IMG/VR virus record: IMGVR_UViG_2660238384_000003
Span: 62,001 to 123,700 of that record
Length of the DNA stretch: 61,700 nucleotides
Origin: an uncultured virus (IMG/VR IMGVR_UViG_2660238384_000003)
Taxonomy: Duplodnaviria > Heunggongvirae > Uroviricota > Caudoviricetes
Direction: 5' to 3' (one strand)
The notes beneath the pieces were generated by a model. It had not been told where the DNA came from. It made no database searches and was given only the letters and a program-made list of their open reading frames with translations. A program made the translations under genes and the position numbers. Shown here piece by piece: positions 7,937 to 18,434 of the stretch (positions are counted from its first letter, which is position 1; the number at the start of each line of letters is the position of its first letter).

Positions 7937-10120
7937 TCACACATTGTTAGGCTTGTTGTTTATTGTAGCCATGTTGTTCTCTACAACCCCATTCCAGCGA
8001 CCAGAGGCGGCAGTTTCAACAAAATTAACTGCCGCCTTGGCTAGTGATGTACCAAGAAGCATATTACCAATAATGCTTACCTGCGTATTTCCAGTTGCGG
8101 CGGAATTTCCAAGGCCAACTGAGGTTCCGCTTGACGCTCCGTTGTGGGTGTTTCCAAAGACATTTAGCGTCCGAATATAGTCGTCTGTTTGCGTCATAGC
8201 CAGGTCAAGTAGTCGAGCGCCACCTTTAAATGTGCAACCGCTGATCATCACGTCACCAATCTTTAGTCTGCGCGTGGTTGTGCTTGTTGCCCTAATGAAG
8301 TTAACTCCTGACGGAACATTCCCTGTAGAGCAATTGCTTATCGAGACAAAATCACAGGTCTGCCCAGGCTCATGATGTAGGTCAATACATGCAACGGCGG
8401 ATGACGAAACGTTGAAGAACTCAACGCTACGGATTGACATCTCGCGTGAAACACCTTCAATCCCGGCAACATCAAAAGTATCTACAACAACATCCTTAAC
8501 CGAAAACTGCCTATTCAGAACAGACGAACCTATATTTCTTACTACAATACCTCGAGAACATGAGTATATATATCCGCCAGAAATTTGGAGTTGACCTACA
8601 GTTTCCGTGGTTGAGCCAAAAATTCTCAATGCAGCCAGAGATCCAGATTTTCCATTTCGAATTTCGAAACCGTTGATTACCCCGACCAGGGAATTTGCTG
8701 CTGGAGGTCCTGGATGATAGCTTACCTCAATTCCCGCTATAGCATAGCCTCTCACAAAAATTTGATTAAGACTATACCCAATGCACCCCTGAATCATCAC
8801 TCCTATTTGACCGATATCATTACAGTTTGCATGGATGCCACTGCATGAGAAATCGTTGCATCTATCTAGCTTTACTCCAAAGCTCTTTCTAGACTGTAGT
8901 TGATTTGCCTCGAATCCGTTACACATAGCGAAGAAGATGGCAGCTTGATCTTCTACTCCATCTGTGCAAAAGGCTGTATCAACAGAGAAGTCAGAACCGT
9001 TCGCATTATAGAGCCCCTTCCATTTGAAGTTAGAAGCCCCAACCTCTCTGACGCTGTACTTAGTGCAACGGTTAAAGTAGATTACACCGGGGCCAACATA
9101 CGCTGCCGAGTTGTCACAGTAATATCCATATACGTTGTCTATATGGAAGTCTGTACAGTATTGCAAACCAATTGCTGCGGCAGGCCCATCGTTTACCAAG
9201 ATGGTCCCGCCTGTCACATTCAGTCCAGAGTAAACGTTATCCTCGGTGCCTTTCTGGCCTATGACAAATCCAATAAAGCTAGAGGTGGAAAAATCCGCTG
9301 TCGGCCTTGGCATATTGGCAGCATGAAAAGTTGCGCCACCTATCAGGCTCACATGATCAGCCCGAATATCAAGCATCATTACGCCACTGAAAGATGGCGA
9401 TGCGGTGAATGCACATTTGCGCAAAAGTAATGTAGTGCCATCGGCAGTGACTACTAAGTCACGACTTATATTGTAGTTTCTCGGATTTCCACTGAAATCA
9501 ACAATACCTCCAGAATTCAGTGCTGCTTGACACGCCGCCCAGTCGATACTGTCGGTTAGCGCAGTGGCGTGCGGATAAACCGCCTGTGCCTCGGCGAGCG
9601 TAGCGAACCGCTCTGACAACGGGTGATACGCCCCATCTGCGATAGCGCCGTAGTCCTTGACGTTCGCAGTATCGTTCAGGCGGTCGGCTACGGTGCGCTC
9701 GCGATAGCCAATCATCCCGGCGCCGGCGTCGGTCGCGAGCAGGCCCTGGAGCGTGCGGTCAACTTGCGCAACGAGCAGCGGCTCGTCGGCAGCCCAGTTC
9801 CCGGTCAGATTGACGGGGAACGATGCCGGGCGCTTGACGCTGTAGAGATTCCCGTCACGCTGGATCAGTTGGGTTGGGCGATCTACGGTCAGCGGGGAGC
9901 CGTCGACATATTCAAGGAAGCCTGGCTCGAATCCTTGAGCATCCAGCCAGTCATTGAACTGCTCTTCATACCCCTTCATCGTTGGGCGAAGAACGCCGAA
10001 ACGATCATTCCACGTGGTATTCACCCGGTCGTTCATCGCCGCGTCGAAGTTCTCGGCGTTGTCGTACAAGTCGCGCGGGTCTTTGGAGCCAAGCGGATTG
10101 CCGGTGGCGTAGGTCGTCAT
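7937..10120 (-). CDS. Tailspike/receptor-binding protein with beta-helix (pectate-lyase-like) domain
   Basis: Pseudomonas RBP N-terminus MTTYATGNPLGSKDPRDLYDNAENFD, VKDYGAIADG motif, then AT-rich G/N/I-rich beta-helix. Confidence 0.85.
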   Translation of the reverse strand: MTTYATGNPLGSKDPRDLYDNAENFDAAMNDRVNTTWNDRFGVLRPTMKGYEEQFNDWLDAQGFEPGFLEYVDGSPLTVDRPTQLIQRDGNLYSVKRPASFPVNLTGNWAADEPLLVAQVDRTLQGLLATDAGAGMIGYRERTVADRLNDTANVKDYGAIADGAYHPLSERFATLAEAQAVYPHATALTDSIDWAACQAALNSGGIVDFSGNPRNYNISRDLVVTADGTTLLLRKCAFTASPSFSGVMMLDIRADHVSLIGGATFHAANMPRPTADFSTSSFIGFVIGQKGTEDNVYSGLNVTGGTILVNDGPAAAIGLQYCTDFHIDNVYGYYCDNSAAYVGPGVIYFNRCTKYSVREVGASNFKWKGLYNANGSDFSVDTAFCTDGVEDQAAIFFAMCNGFEANQLQSRKSFGVKLDRCNDFSCSGIHANCNDIGQIGVMIQGCIGYSLNQIFVRGYAIAGIEVSYHPGPPAANSLVGVINGFEIRNGKSGSLAALRIFGSTTETVGQLQISGGYIYSCSRGIVVRNIGSSVLNRQFSVKDVVVDTFDVAGIEGVSREMSIRSVEFFNVSSSAVACIDLHHEPGQTCDFVSISNCSTGNVPSGVNFIRATSTTTRRLKIGDVMISGCTFKGGARLLDLAMTQTDDYIRTLNVFGNTHNGASSGTSVGLGNSAATGNTQVSIIGNMLLGTSLAKAAVNFVETAASGRWNGVVENNMATINNKPNNV

Positions 10121-10181
10121 GCAAATTCTCCGGGCGTGAAAAAGCCCGCTCTATTGGCGGGCTCTGGATTTGTGTGTGCGG

Positions 10182-12911
10182 TCAGTTGGGGGCGCTGGCG
10201 TTGTCGAAGGTGTAGACCCTGGGGTCGTAGTTCACCGCACGAACAGATGCCGCGGTATTGCCGTTTGGATCGATGGAACTGATCAGGGCCGGGTATGGAT
10301 TTCCCAGCAGCAGGTGCGGCGGCTCGATCTCCCAGGAAACATCAGGGACGAAGTCGATGCTGGGAATGCTCAGCCGGTAGTCGTCGATCCGAGATGCCGG
10401 GTATCCGCCGGAAACCGTTCCGTCTGGGCGCCGCAGGTACAGCGCTGGAGAGTTCAGCAGCGACCAGTCAAGCGGCTCGCTGGACTCGATCAGGACCGAG
10501 TTTCCCGAGATCACGAACGATTTCAGATATGCGCTCTGCGCCAGGCCAGGGCCGGGGACATCGCCGGCGAGGGCCACGTAATCCCAGAACTCGCTGTTCA
10601 GCGCGTCGAGGCCAGTTTCGAACGAATACTCGGTTCGCCGGTATCGCTGAGCCATCCGGCGGCGCATCCCGTAGCGCCAAGCGCGATCGCGGTTTGTGAC
10701 ACCAACAGCCGTGATCTTCTCGACCTTCCTGCCGACATCGCCGGGCAGGCGGCACTGCACGGTATCTTCGATCCAGCCGTTGGCGTTGACGAAATCCACG
10801 TCAACACCGTCGTAGTCGTCCTCCGAAGGAGCGCTGATGCTGATCCTCAGGGGCCCATCAATGTTCTGCGGCGAGTACATGTGCCCGAACGTTGTCCTGG
10901 GCTCGTCCCGGGCCGCAGAGATCACGCCGCGTTTGATGGTCTTCTCGGCATACCCAGCCGCAAGCACGTCGTCCATTATCTGCGCGACCGTGACCTTGCC
11001 GTCCTCGTAGATCATGTCGAACGTGTCGCCGCGGTCCTTCCAGATGGCGTCAAGCCGATCAAGTTCTTCTAGGTCGAGGTCGGCGTCTGTGTAGCCGCGC
11101 TCTTTGGCGATGTAGCAGAGGAACGGGACGATGTCTCGCGTTGCGATCTCGGGTGTCCATGCACCGTTCTGCCGAGTCGGTAGCATGCGAGTAGCTTCCA
11201 CCGAAACGCGGCTTTCGGTCTGCGCTGCGATACGGTCAGACGACCGATACCTGACGGCCATTGTCGTGACGCCGGCGTAGGACGATGGAGCCTGGAGGCG
11301 CGCGCGCATCCCGTACCACTGCGTGCGATCCCGGTATTCGGACGTAGAGTTGCCACCCTGGTTGACGAACACTTTTCGAATGCGAAATTCGGGTCGCATC
11401 ATGTACGGCAGCGAGATGCCGTCCGTGAATCCTTGCTGATCCAGTGAACTCCCTGCGTGGTTCTTGCTGACCGTCGTCCATGCGCCGCCGATGGCCATGT
11501 CTCGCCACTGAATGTCGTAATAGGTGCGGATCTGGTAGATCTGCCCTTCCCTGCCGACACCGCACAAGCCTTCCGGGCAAAACACGTCGATCTCGACGAA
11601 GTTCGTCTTCTCCGACACAGGGCATGCAGGGAATGGCCCGCGCCAGCCCCCTTCGAGGCTGGTCGGATCGATGGTGACTCGGGACGTAGACGAGTTGAGA
11701 GCGGTGAATCCTGGCCAGTCAACATCGACACCACCCGCACTGGTCAGCCGCTCGACTGTGAGTTGCTGCGCACTGTACGCCGTGATCCGATAGCGCAGTC
11801 CGCGCGGGCCGATTGCGGCGCTGCCGGAGCCGGTCTGCAATGCATTGGCCGGCGAACCATTGCTGTAGTTGAGCGTCATCGACGTGGAGGTGATGTCGTT
11901 CACCAGGTAAAGGCCGCCGTTGGTGCCGACAACCTCGATCTCGTCGCCGATACCCAGGCCTAGTTGAGCGATGTCACCAGTCACGACATCGCGGTCAGAA
12001 CCGCCGCCGTCGTTCACCGAATAGGGGTACATCGCTTCAACGCGCAGGATGGTGCCAGCAACCCAATCAGAGGGGAACGACCCAGCTCCGGCAGAAATGA
12101 TGATGTTCGTCCCGGAGAACGTGAACGTAGTTGCTGACGGATTCGGCGTGAGATTGGAACTCTCGGTCAGGTCAAGACCGGCGTTGCCGGTTGAACTCGC
12201 GCCAACCTCTTCGACCAGATGCCACCAGACCGATGCAGGGTGCCCGCTGACGTTCTGCCCTGGTTCGAAAATCTGGAAAGAGGCGTCAGCGCCCAGTGCT
12301 AGGAACGACGTGTCACCGATTTTCGCTGCCCCTTCGGCGATCTGGAATCGACCACGCCCAATGCACAACAGCATTTCGGTCCACTGCTCACGCGGGCCGG
12401 CGAAATACTTCCGGGGCGGCAGGATGTAGTCGGGATAAATCAGACGACGGCCAGCGACTTCGCGGATCGCATCTCCGAGCTTGACTTTGTTCCCGCGCGC
12501 GCTGGTTTCAGAGAGCGACGCGCCCTGCCCGGGGTTCGTCGGCATGCCGGGCAATTGAGGCATGAGCATCCGAAAAACGGATTGCGCACCTTTGAACAGC
12601 GCTGCCGTGATCGTGAACGGATCGGTCCCGCGCGGGAGCTTGTAGATCCGAACGATGTCGCCGCGGTCGATGATGCGCTCGGCCCACTCGCCGGGGTGGA
12701 CGAACTCCTCATGCGCCTTTTTCTGCTTGTCGGTCAGGTCACCGCAGAGCGCAACCTCGGCGGGGACGACACCGATGGAGAACGGGTGAACGTCGTGGCA
12801 GCGGTACCCAGGCGAATTCGCAGTCAGCCACGCATGGATCGTCATCCTGCGGCCGATCGGATGCCGCTCCAGCGGTTCTCCGTCAAGAAGTGATGGGTAG
12901 ATTTCGATCAC
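10182..12911 (-). CDS. Central tail tip/hub (host specificity J-like) protein
   Basis: ~909 aa from GTG at 12911; position after NlpC/P60. Confidence 0.85.
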   Translation of the reverse strand: MIEIYPSLLDGEPLERHPIGRRMTIHAWLTANSPGYRCHDVHPFSIGVVPAEVALCGDLTDKQKKAHEEFVHPGEWAERIIDRGDIVRIYKLPRGTDPFTITAALFKGAQSVFRMLMPQLPGMPTNPGQGASLSETSARGNKVKLGDAIREVAGRRLIYPDYILPPRKYFAGPREQWTEMLLCIGRGRFQIAEGAAKIGDTSFLALGADASFQIFEPGQNVSGHPASVWWHLVEEVGASSTGNAGLDLTESSNLTPNPSATTFTFSGTNIIISAGAGSFPSDWVAGTILRVEAMYPYSVNDGGGSDRDVVTGDIAQLGLGIGDEIEVVGTNGGLYLVNDITSTSMTLNYSNGSPANALQTGSGSAAIGPRGLRYRITAYSAQQLTVERLTSAGGVDVDWPGFTALNSSTSRVTIDPTSLEGGWRGPFPACPVSEKTNFVEIDVFCPEGLCGVGREGQIYQIRTYYDIQWRDMAIGGAWTTVSKNHAGSSLDQQGFTDGISLPYMMRPEFRIRKVFVNQGGNSTSEYRDRTQWYGMRARLQAPSSYAGVTTMAVRYRSSDRIAAQTESRVSVEATRMLPTRQNGAWTPEIATRDIVPFLCYIAKERGYTDADLDLEELDRLDAIWKDRGDTFDMIYEDGKVTVAQIMDDVLAAGYAEKTIKRGVISAARDEPRTTFGHMYSPQNIDGPLRISISAPSEDDYDGVDVDFVNANGWIEDTVQCRLPGDVGRKVEKITAVGVTNRDRAWRYGMRRRMAQRYRRTEYSFETGLDALNSEFWDYVALAGDVPGPGLAQSAYLKSFVISGNSVLIESSEPLDWSLLNSPALYLRRPDGTVSGGYPASRIDDYRLSIPSIDFVPDVSWEIEPPHLLLGNPYPALISSIDPNGNTAASVRAVNYDPRVYTFDNASAPN

Positions 12912-13290
12912 GGTAGAAGAGCACCTTGGAGTATTTGTCGGAGAACTTCTGGAGCGGTGTGAGCGACACCCCGCTCCCCGGATTGATTTCGAGAACCCGC
13001 AGGCGTCCATCTACCTCGACCAGCAGGCCTACGTGATCGAGCAGACGCCCTCTATAGGCCGCGGCGATGACCCCAGGCCCTGGCTCGCATTGCTCGAGCG
13101 CGCGCTGGATCTCCATATCGCACGCCCGCTGCATCGAAACCGGGGTGAGTCGCGTGACACCGCCAAAGTCGGTCAGCATCGGCAGTCCGAACAGCTCAAC
13201 CCGCGCTATGAGCGTCAGGCCCCAGCAATCAAGGCACGGCAGGGCCCGCCCGCCCTCGGTATAGATGGCGGTGAGGTATCTGTTCGGCAT
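12883..13290 (-). CDS. NlpC/P60 tail tip protein
   Basis: LDCWGL and HVG catalytic motifs. Confidence 0.85.
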   Translation of the reverse strand: MPNRYLTAIYTEGGRALPCLDCWGLTLIARVELFGLPMLTDFGGVTRLTPVSMQRACDMEIQRALEQCEPGPGVIAAAYRGRLLDHVGLLVEVDGRLRVLEINPGSGVSLTPLQKFSDKYSKVLFYRDRNLPITS

Positions 13291-13294
13291 GGGA

Positions 13295-13786
13295 TCAAGG
13301 CCAGTATTTGAGTCCGGGGAACTCGCTGACGTTGTAGATGTGGCGCAGCGCGGCGGTGTTGATGAGGTCGTAGTAGCCGGCCTCCACCTGGACAGTGAGA
13401 CTTTCGAAGTCGGCACCTTTCACGCGCATCCGATAGGGGCGCTCTGCCGGCGCAGTCAGGTCGCTTTCGAGGTAGATTCGCAGGACAAGCGTGACCGGCT
13501 CTCCGGCGTCGATGGCCTCGGCAATATACTGCTGAGCAAAGCCAGTCACGTTGTCGATCGCAAAGCCAACGTTCTGGTTCCCGCTGTTGTCCCGCTTAGG
13601 GATCGAAACGTCGATAGCGCCAGCGATGAATGTCAGTAGCCGTCCGTCTTCTGTCATGCAGGTCAGGTCTTTGAACCCCTGACAGATGAGGATCGGATCG
13701 GGCCTGGAGGGCCGAGTAATCTCGATCGTTGCAATCGGAAGATCCGGCCCATCCGATGCATAGAACCGCTCAAGAGCCGTCGCCAT
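13295..13786 (-). CDS. Tail tip protein (DUF1833-like)
   Basis: Synteny; LRIYLESDLTAP and FPGL motifs. Confidence 0.75.
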   Translation of the reverse strand: MATALERFYASDGPDLPIATIEITRPSRPDPILICQGFKDLTCMTEDGRLLTFIAGAIDVSIPKRDNSGNQNVGFAIDNVTGFAQQYIAEAIDAGEPVTLVLRIYLESDLTAPAERPYRMRVKGADFESLTVQVEAGYYDLINTAALRHIYNVSEFPGLKYWP

Positions 13787-14249
13787 GTCGAGGCCACTCC
13801 CTGTTCATTGCGATGTCGAAGATGTCAGCGAGGAGGATGTACTCGGGCAGAATCTCGGCCCACCCAGCATCGATGACGGGGCGCTCACGCAACTCCAGTG
13901 TGGCGGTGAAATCCCAGAGCGAGATACTGCCGCTGACCAGCTTTGGACCGTCATAGATGTCGGTGAATCTGGCGGCATACGCACGCAAACCATCAGGAGT
14001 CTCCGGCGTCTTTAGCGGGCATTCGAACCAGTGGTAACCATCCACTAGAACATCACGAAACCATGCCTCAAACAGCATTGCCTCGCTGTCGCTGAGCCTC
14101 CACCTGACGCTTGCCATAGTTGGAGTAGCGGTGAAGTGACGCCTCTGCCTCGCCCTCCCCGTCTGCATCTCCGTGCGGATTAGAGGGCTAACAGGGGTAA
14201 GCCCATAGCCCTCCCGCTGAGGCGGGCAGATATTTGGGTACTGCTTCAT
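13770..14249 (-). CDS. Distal tail protein
   Basis: RTEMQTGRARQRR motif directly after tape measure gene. Confidence 0.8.
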   Translation of the reverse strand: MKQYPNICPPQREGYGLTPVSPLIRTEMQTGRARQRRHFTATPTMASVRWRLSDSEAMLFEAWFRDVLVDGYHWFECPLKTPETPDGLRAYAARFTDIYDGPKLVSGSISLWDFTATLELRERPVIDAGWAEILPEYILLADIFDIAMNREWPRHGDGS

Positions 14250-16774
14250 GTCCCGCTCCTTCGAATTCCGAATGCCTGGGCAATCGCTCTGGATGCCGGG
14301 CCGTCGCCATTGATGTCAGCCACGAACACTTCCAGGAACTCTTGTCGCCCATCTCTCCGGCGCTCCACCTGGCCTGCACGGGCTTTGTTCTCCACGATGT
14401 TGACGGTGGTATTCCCGCTCTGTCCCTGGTTTGACCGAACTTCATCAAGCGTCCTGTCGAGCTTTGCGCTCGTCTCTGCCGTCGTTACCCGCTCCCCCTT
14501 CTGGAGCAGCCAGGTTCCAGTCTCCGGCACAGCATCGAGGCCATCGTGAGCCATGCCGGCTAAAGCGGATGCTGCGACGCCAGCAACCATCGGCGCGGTG
14601 ATGCCGGCGGCCGAGGCCGCAGCAGCCGGCGCAAGCACTGGTCCAACAATTGGAATTGCTGCCGTACTAGCAAATGCCGCCAGTTGAGCCTGGAAGGCAG
14701 TTGCTTGTGCGTTCGCGATGAGAGTAGAGGCGGCGCTAGCCTGAGCAGCCTTCCCGCTCACCAGTTGCACCGCCTGATAGACCAGCCATTGCGCGGCCAT
14801 CTGCGCAAGCGCGTTGATGATGCTTGTGGCCATCGTCTGCGCGATGTTCTTGAAAACGTCGGCAAGACTTTCGCCGTCCATGATCATCGACGCGATGCCG
14901 TCTCCTACAGCGGAGGTGAGACCGTCCAGCGTCTGCGCGGTGAAATCGGCAGCCTGCTGTTGATAATCCGTGGCCGTGTCGCGGTAGTTCTCCCAGGCAG
15001 ACGTGACACCATCCAGCCAGTTGCTCTGAGCCTCATCCTGAGCCGCGTAGTACTCATGCTGGATTTCCAGACGCTCGGCCAGAGCCTGGCGCAGGAGGTC
15101 AGTTTCTTGGTCGTAGAGTTCCTTACTGATTTCTGCGCTGTTGAACTGCTTCTGTAGATCGGCAAGCTGTTTGTTGTAGTCCTGCTGGATCTCCAGGTCT
15201 GCGCGCAGTCGCTCTCTCAGCTTGTCGCCGCTGCCAGATCCGGCCAGTTCAATCGCAAATCCTGCCCGTGCAGTTGCGTTCGATTCATTGAGCGCTGCAC
15301 GGAAAGCCTGAGCCTTCGCCGCATCCTCGTTCGCCTGCTTCAGTTGCTTCAGGCGGTCAAGCTCTTCTGCCAAGCCATTCAAGCGTTTCTGCTGCTCGGC
15401 ATTGATTCCAACCAGCTTGCCTGACTCAATCTCGAACTGAAGCTTTGCGACCTCCGTGGCGTCCTTGCGCTTGTCGACTTCAGTGTTGATCAGCGCAATC
15501 TCGCGCTCATATCCTGTCTCAGCATCATCAAAGCGCTTCTGGAGCGCCTTCGCCGCCTGCTCTGCAGCTTTCTGTGCAGCCTTCTCTTCGTTAGTCAGGG
15601 CAGTGAACGTTCCAGGTTTGCCGCCATTTTTCCTCAGTTTCTCAAGGAGATCCGCAAGCTCCTTGATTTTCCCGTTCGTTCCGCCGCTGCCAGCTTTATC
15701 GATGTCATTTAGGAACCCGGCGTACTTTTGAGCTACAGCATCAAGGTCCTCGCCTACTCCAGCTGCAGTCTGCTGGATGTTCTGGCGGTTCTTGTACAGC
15801 AGTTTCGCAAGCCCGACAGGACCTGCCGCAAAGTCAGTCCAGTCCGCATCCTTGAAGCCAGCCGCAGCCGTCGCAGCAGCGCCGCCGATGGCCTTGCCCA
15901 TGAGGTCGAACGCACCCACGGCTCCTACGGCGGCCTTCGCCATCCACTTGATGGTGTCGACAACGAACTCACCAACGACAACAGCAGCCTCACCCTCCTT
16001 ATTTACCCCGAGCAGGCCAACCGCCATGTCACTTAGGGCTGGCAGGAGCTGAGCCGCAATCTGGTTCTTTAGACCAGTGACGCTCTGCTCAATAAGCCAA
16101 GTGGCCGCCTGAAGCTCGCTAGCCGACTTAATCGTCTTCTCGTCGAGAATCGCACCAGCGGCCTGGGCAGCGTCACCAAAGGTCTTGAACCCCTCAGCGT
16201 TATTGCGAAGCAGCGGGAGCAGCGCAGTCGCATCGCTCGCAATGGCCTCAAGATAGAAGGTCATGTCCGACTGGCTGACCTTGGCCTTTTCCAGGCTTGA
16301 GACGTACAAGCCAAGGGCCTGGGGACCGCTCAGGTTCCGGAACTGGTCTGCGGTCACGCCAACTTTAGGCGCTACGTTCTCGAAGAAATCGGCAAGCGCA
16401 CCGCCGCCGGTATTGAGGAAGTCGCCTACCTTGTCGTTCACATCCTTGAAGATGTCAGCAAGCTTCTCTTGCTCAATGCCAACCAGCTTTGCGCCGGCCG
16501 CATATTTCTGAAACTCTGTCGTGCTCGCATTGGCAACGCTAGCAAGGTTTGCGATTTCATTGGCATTGCGGACGGTAGAGACAGTGAGAGCGGCAAGCGC
16601 GGTGATGCCTGCCGCAGTGGCAGCGCCAATCGCAGACCCCACCTTTGCCGCATTTTTCTCGACCTCTTTGCGCCACTTTTCCGACCGGCGCTCGGCGGCA
16701 TCCATACCGGCCACGAAGCCGCCAACCTTGGCGATGAGATCAAGCGTAAGCGTCCCTAGGCTGCGTGATGCCAT
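14246..16774 (-). CDS. Tail tape measure protein
   Basis: 842 aa Ala-rich helical protein, MASRSLGTLTLDLIAK start. Confidence 0.93.
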   Translation of the reverse strand: MASRSLGTLTLDLIAKVGGFVAGMDAAERRSEKWRKEVEKNAAKVGSAIGAATAAGITALAALTVSTVRNANEIANLASVANASTTEFQKYAAGAKLVGIEQEKLADIFKDVNDKVGDFLNTGGGALADFFENVAPKVGVTADQFRNLSGPQALGLYVSSLEKAKVSQSDMTFYLEAIASDATALLPLLRNNAEGFKTFGDAAQAAGAILDEKTIKSASELQAATWLIEQSVTGLKNQIAAQLLPALSDMAVGLLGVNKEGEAAVVVGEFVVDTIKWMAKAAVGAVGAFDLMGKAIGGAAATAAAGFKDADWTDFAAGPVGLAKLLYKNRQNIQQTAAGVGEDLDAVAQKYAGFLNDIDKAGSGGTNGKIKELADLLEKLRKNGGKPGTFTALTNEEKAAQKAAEQAAKALQKRFDDAETGYEREIALINTEVDKRKDATEVAKLQFEIESGKLVGINAEQQKRLNGLAEELDRLKQLKQANEDAAKAQAFRAALNESNATARAGFAIELAGSGSGDKLRERLRADLEIQQDYNKQLADLQKQFNSAEISKELYDQETDLLRQALAERLEIQHEYYAAQDEAQSNWLDGVTSAWENYRDTATDYQQQAADFTAQTLDGLTSAVGDGIASMIMDGESLADVFKNIAQTMATSIINALAQMAAQWLVYQAVQLVSGKAAQASAASTLIANAQATAFQAQLAAFASTAAIPIVGPVLAPAAAASAAGITAPMVAGVAASALAGMAHDGLDAVPETGTWLLQKGERVTTAETSAKLDRTLDEVRSNQGQSGNTTVNIVENKARAGQVERRRDGRQEFLEVFVADINGDGPASRAIAQAFGIRRSGT

Positions 16775-16823
16775 TACCGGGCTCCAATGAAAAAGCCCGG
16801 AATGATCCGGGCAAAACGAAGGA

Positions 16824-17129
16824 CTAGGCCCAGGTCTCGAGGGCCTGATCTAGACTGATTACGGGCTCTTCTTCATGCGGCATGAAGTCGTACAGCTTGT
16901 ACGTCTCCTTGCTATGCGTATTGGCATAGAGCGCAGCGAGCAGTGCTGCTCCGCGCTCTACCCTCATGCCTACATGGAGACTCCCCCGCTTGTTCCGAAA
17001 CTTGCACCAGCTCAGGAACTCCCGGTAGGTGAGGCGGGACTTAGCTTCTGCGATGGTTCTGCCGCCAATCCCGCACATCACCAGCTCATGCCAAACCTCA
17101 TCTAGTTCGCTGAGCTGGTCGTCTTTCCC
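16824..17129 (-). CDS. Tail assembly chaperone gpT-like extension (-1 frameshift frame)
   Basis: Open frame DDQLSELDEVWHELVMCGIGG.. entered via G GGA AAG at 17123..17129. Confidence 0.85.
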   Translation of the reverse strand, partial: GKDDQLSELDEVWHELVMCGIGGRTIAEAKSRLTYREFLSWCKFRNKRGSLHVGMRVERGAALLAALYANTHSKETYKLYDFMPHEEEPVISLDQALETWA

Positions 17130-17461
17130 AGGTTGTTCACCTCGGCGATAACGGTGAGCAGGGCGATGGTCAGGTTCCCATCCAGCGCGCCGCGACCGGG
17201 GTCGGCCTCGCCGGTGATATCTGCCGGCGTGAATACCGGCTTACCCTCTTCATCCACGATTGACGCAGCGATCCGACCCGCTACGCCATCCACCTTGCCA
17301 TTCATGGCCAGAAGGTCAGAAACAGCGGTGCTGTACGACAAGGGCCGGACATACACGGTTGCAGTCAGTTCCTTGTCGCCCTGCTTCCAGGTGATCTCTT
17401 TTTCGATAGGGGCACCGGTGAAGGCGCCAGCTTCTTTTAGGGAATCAATCGACAGATGCAT
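17102..17461 (-). CDS. Tail assembly chaperone gpG-like
   Basis: Between tail tube and tape measure; ends ..NLGKTTSSAN with lambda-type slippery GGGAAAG. Confidence 0.88.
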   Translation of the reverse strand: MHLSIDSLKEAGAFTGAPIEKEITWKQGDKELTATVYVRPLSYSTAVSDLLAMNGKVDGVAGRIAASIVDEEGKPVFTPADITGEADPGRGALDGNLTIALLTVIAEVNNLGKTTSSAN

Positions 17462-17470
17462 GACCACTCC

Positions 17471-17992
17471 TTAAGCGGTTTTGAGAACCCAGGCGGAACC
17501 GCCGGAGCGCTGAATGGTTGCGGTAGAGGTCACCACAGCGTTGGCTGCGAAATCGAACGGGAAGTCGCTCACATAGCCGCGGAAGACGAACCAGGTACGC
17601 GTCGGCGGCAGAACGAAGTCCCAATCACCGTTGCTGTCCTGTGCCTCGGTTGGTGCAACGCCGATACCGTCAGACCAGCCAACCGCGAAAGCGATGTCCT
17701 GATCGATCTGGTCGTCGGACTCGGACAGTTGGTAGAGGCGGATATGGGAACTGTTGCGCGGGTCAGCGTTGAGGGTCAGCGACGCCTGTCCCGGCGTGCG
17801 CAGTCCGCGCAGGTAGCGCCGAACAGTTTCGCTGAGGCATGTGGTTTCGATCTGGTCGGCAGGGTTGCCGCCAGGGTTGAAGGCGGTAGCGCACTCGACC
17901 TCGATGACTTCGTAGTTACCAGTCGGGCTGCCGCTAGAATCTCTGGACGGAACCAGGGCATAGATCTGGGTTCCTTGAGCCAAAATTGCCAT
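17471..17992 (-). CDS. Major tail tube protein
   Basis: [27 protein letters not shown]. Confidence 0.88.
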   Translation of the reverse strand: MAILAQGTQIYALVPSRDSSGSPTGNYEVIEVECATAFNPGGNPADQIETTCLSETVRRYLRGLRTPGQASLTLNADPRNSSHIRLYQLSESDDQIDQDIAFAVGWSDGIGVAPTEAQDSNGDWDFVLPPTRTWFVFRGYVSDFPFDFAANAVVTSTATIQRSGGSAWVLKTA

Positions 17993-18066
17993 TGTGTTTC
18001 TCCTGTGGCGGGTTTCTTGAAGCACAAAAAAACCCGCTCAAGGCGGGTTGGTCGGTATTGGTTGGT

Positions 18067-18432
18067 CTATCGCTGGACTATCCAGTCGACGTCAAAGCTG
18101 ACTCGGTAGGTCTTGGTATCAGGGTCAACAGACTCCCCTCCCCAGCGGACTACATAAGCTGAAAGCTCAATTGCGTCCCTGATGGCCTTTGCTGCATCTC
18201 TGGCCTCCGCAGCGGTGGCTGAGAAAATGTCCACCTGGATGGTGAAACCATCGGCGTCAGGGCGACCCCATAGGTAGTTCTCTGGCGATCCCGATATGGT
18301 CTGCCATGTTGCGTACGGTTTAACGACGAGCTGGGGGGCCAGGCCAAACTGATACATCCTCAGCGGGGACGCGCCAAGGATCGCGGTAACAGCGAGGCTA
18401 CTTGAGCAGACCTTAAAGATTGGCGGGTACAT
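18067..18432 (-). CDS. Tail terminator (DUF3168-like)
   Basis: MYPPIF..PYATWQTISGSPENYL..IQVDIF. Confidence 0.85.
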   Translation of the reverse strand: MYPPIFKVCSSSLAVTAILGASPLRMYQFGLAPQLVVKPYATWQTISGSPENYLWGRPDADGFTIQVDIFSATAAEARDAAKAIRDAIELSAYVVRWGGESVDPDTKTYRVSFDVDWIVQR

Positions 18433-18434
18433 AC

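Noticed and set aside
17102..17129. GGGAAAG frameshift as a novelty
   Set aside because: This is the well-known lambda G/GT tail chaperone frameshift
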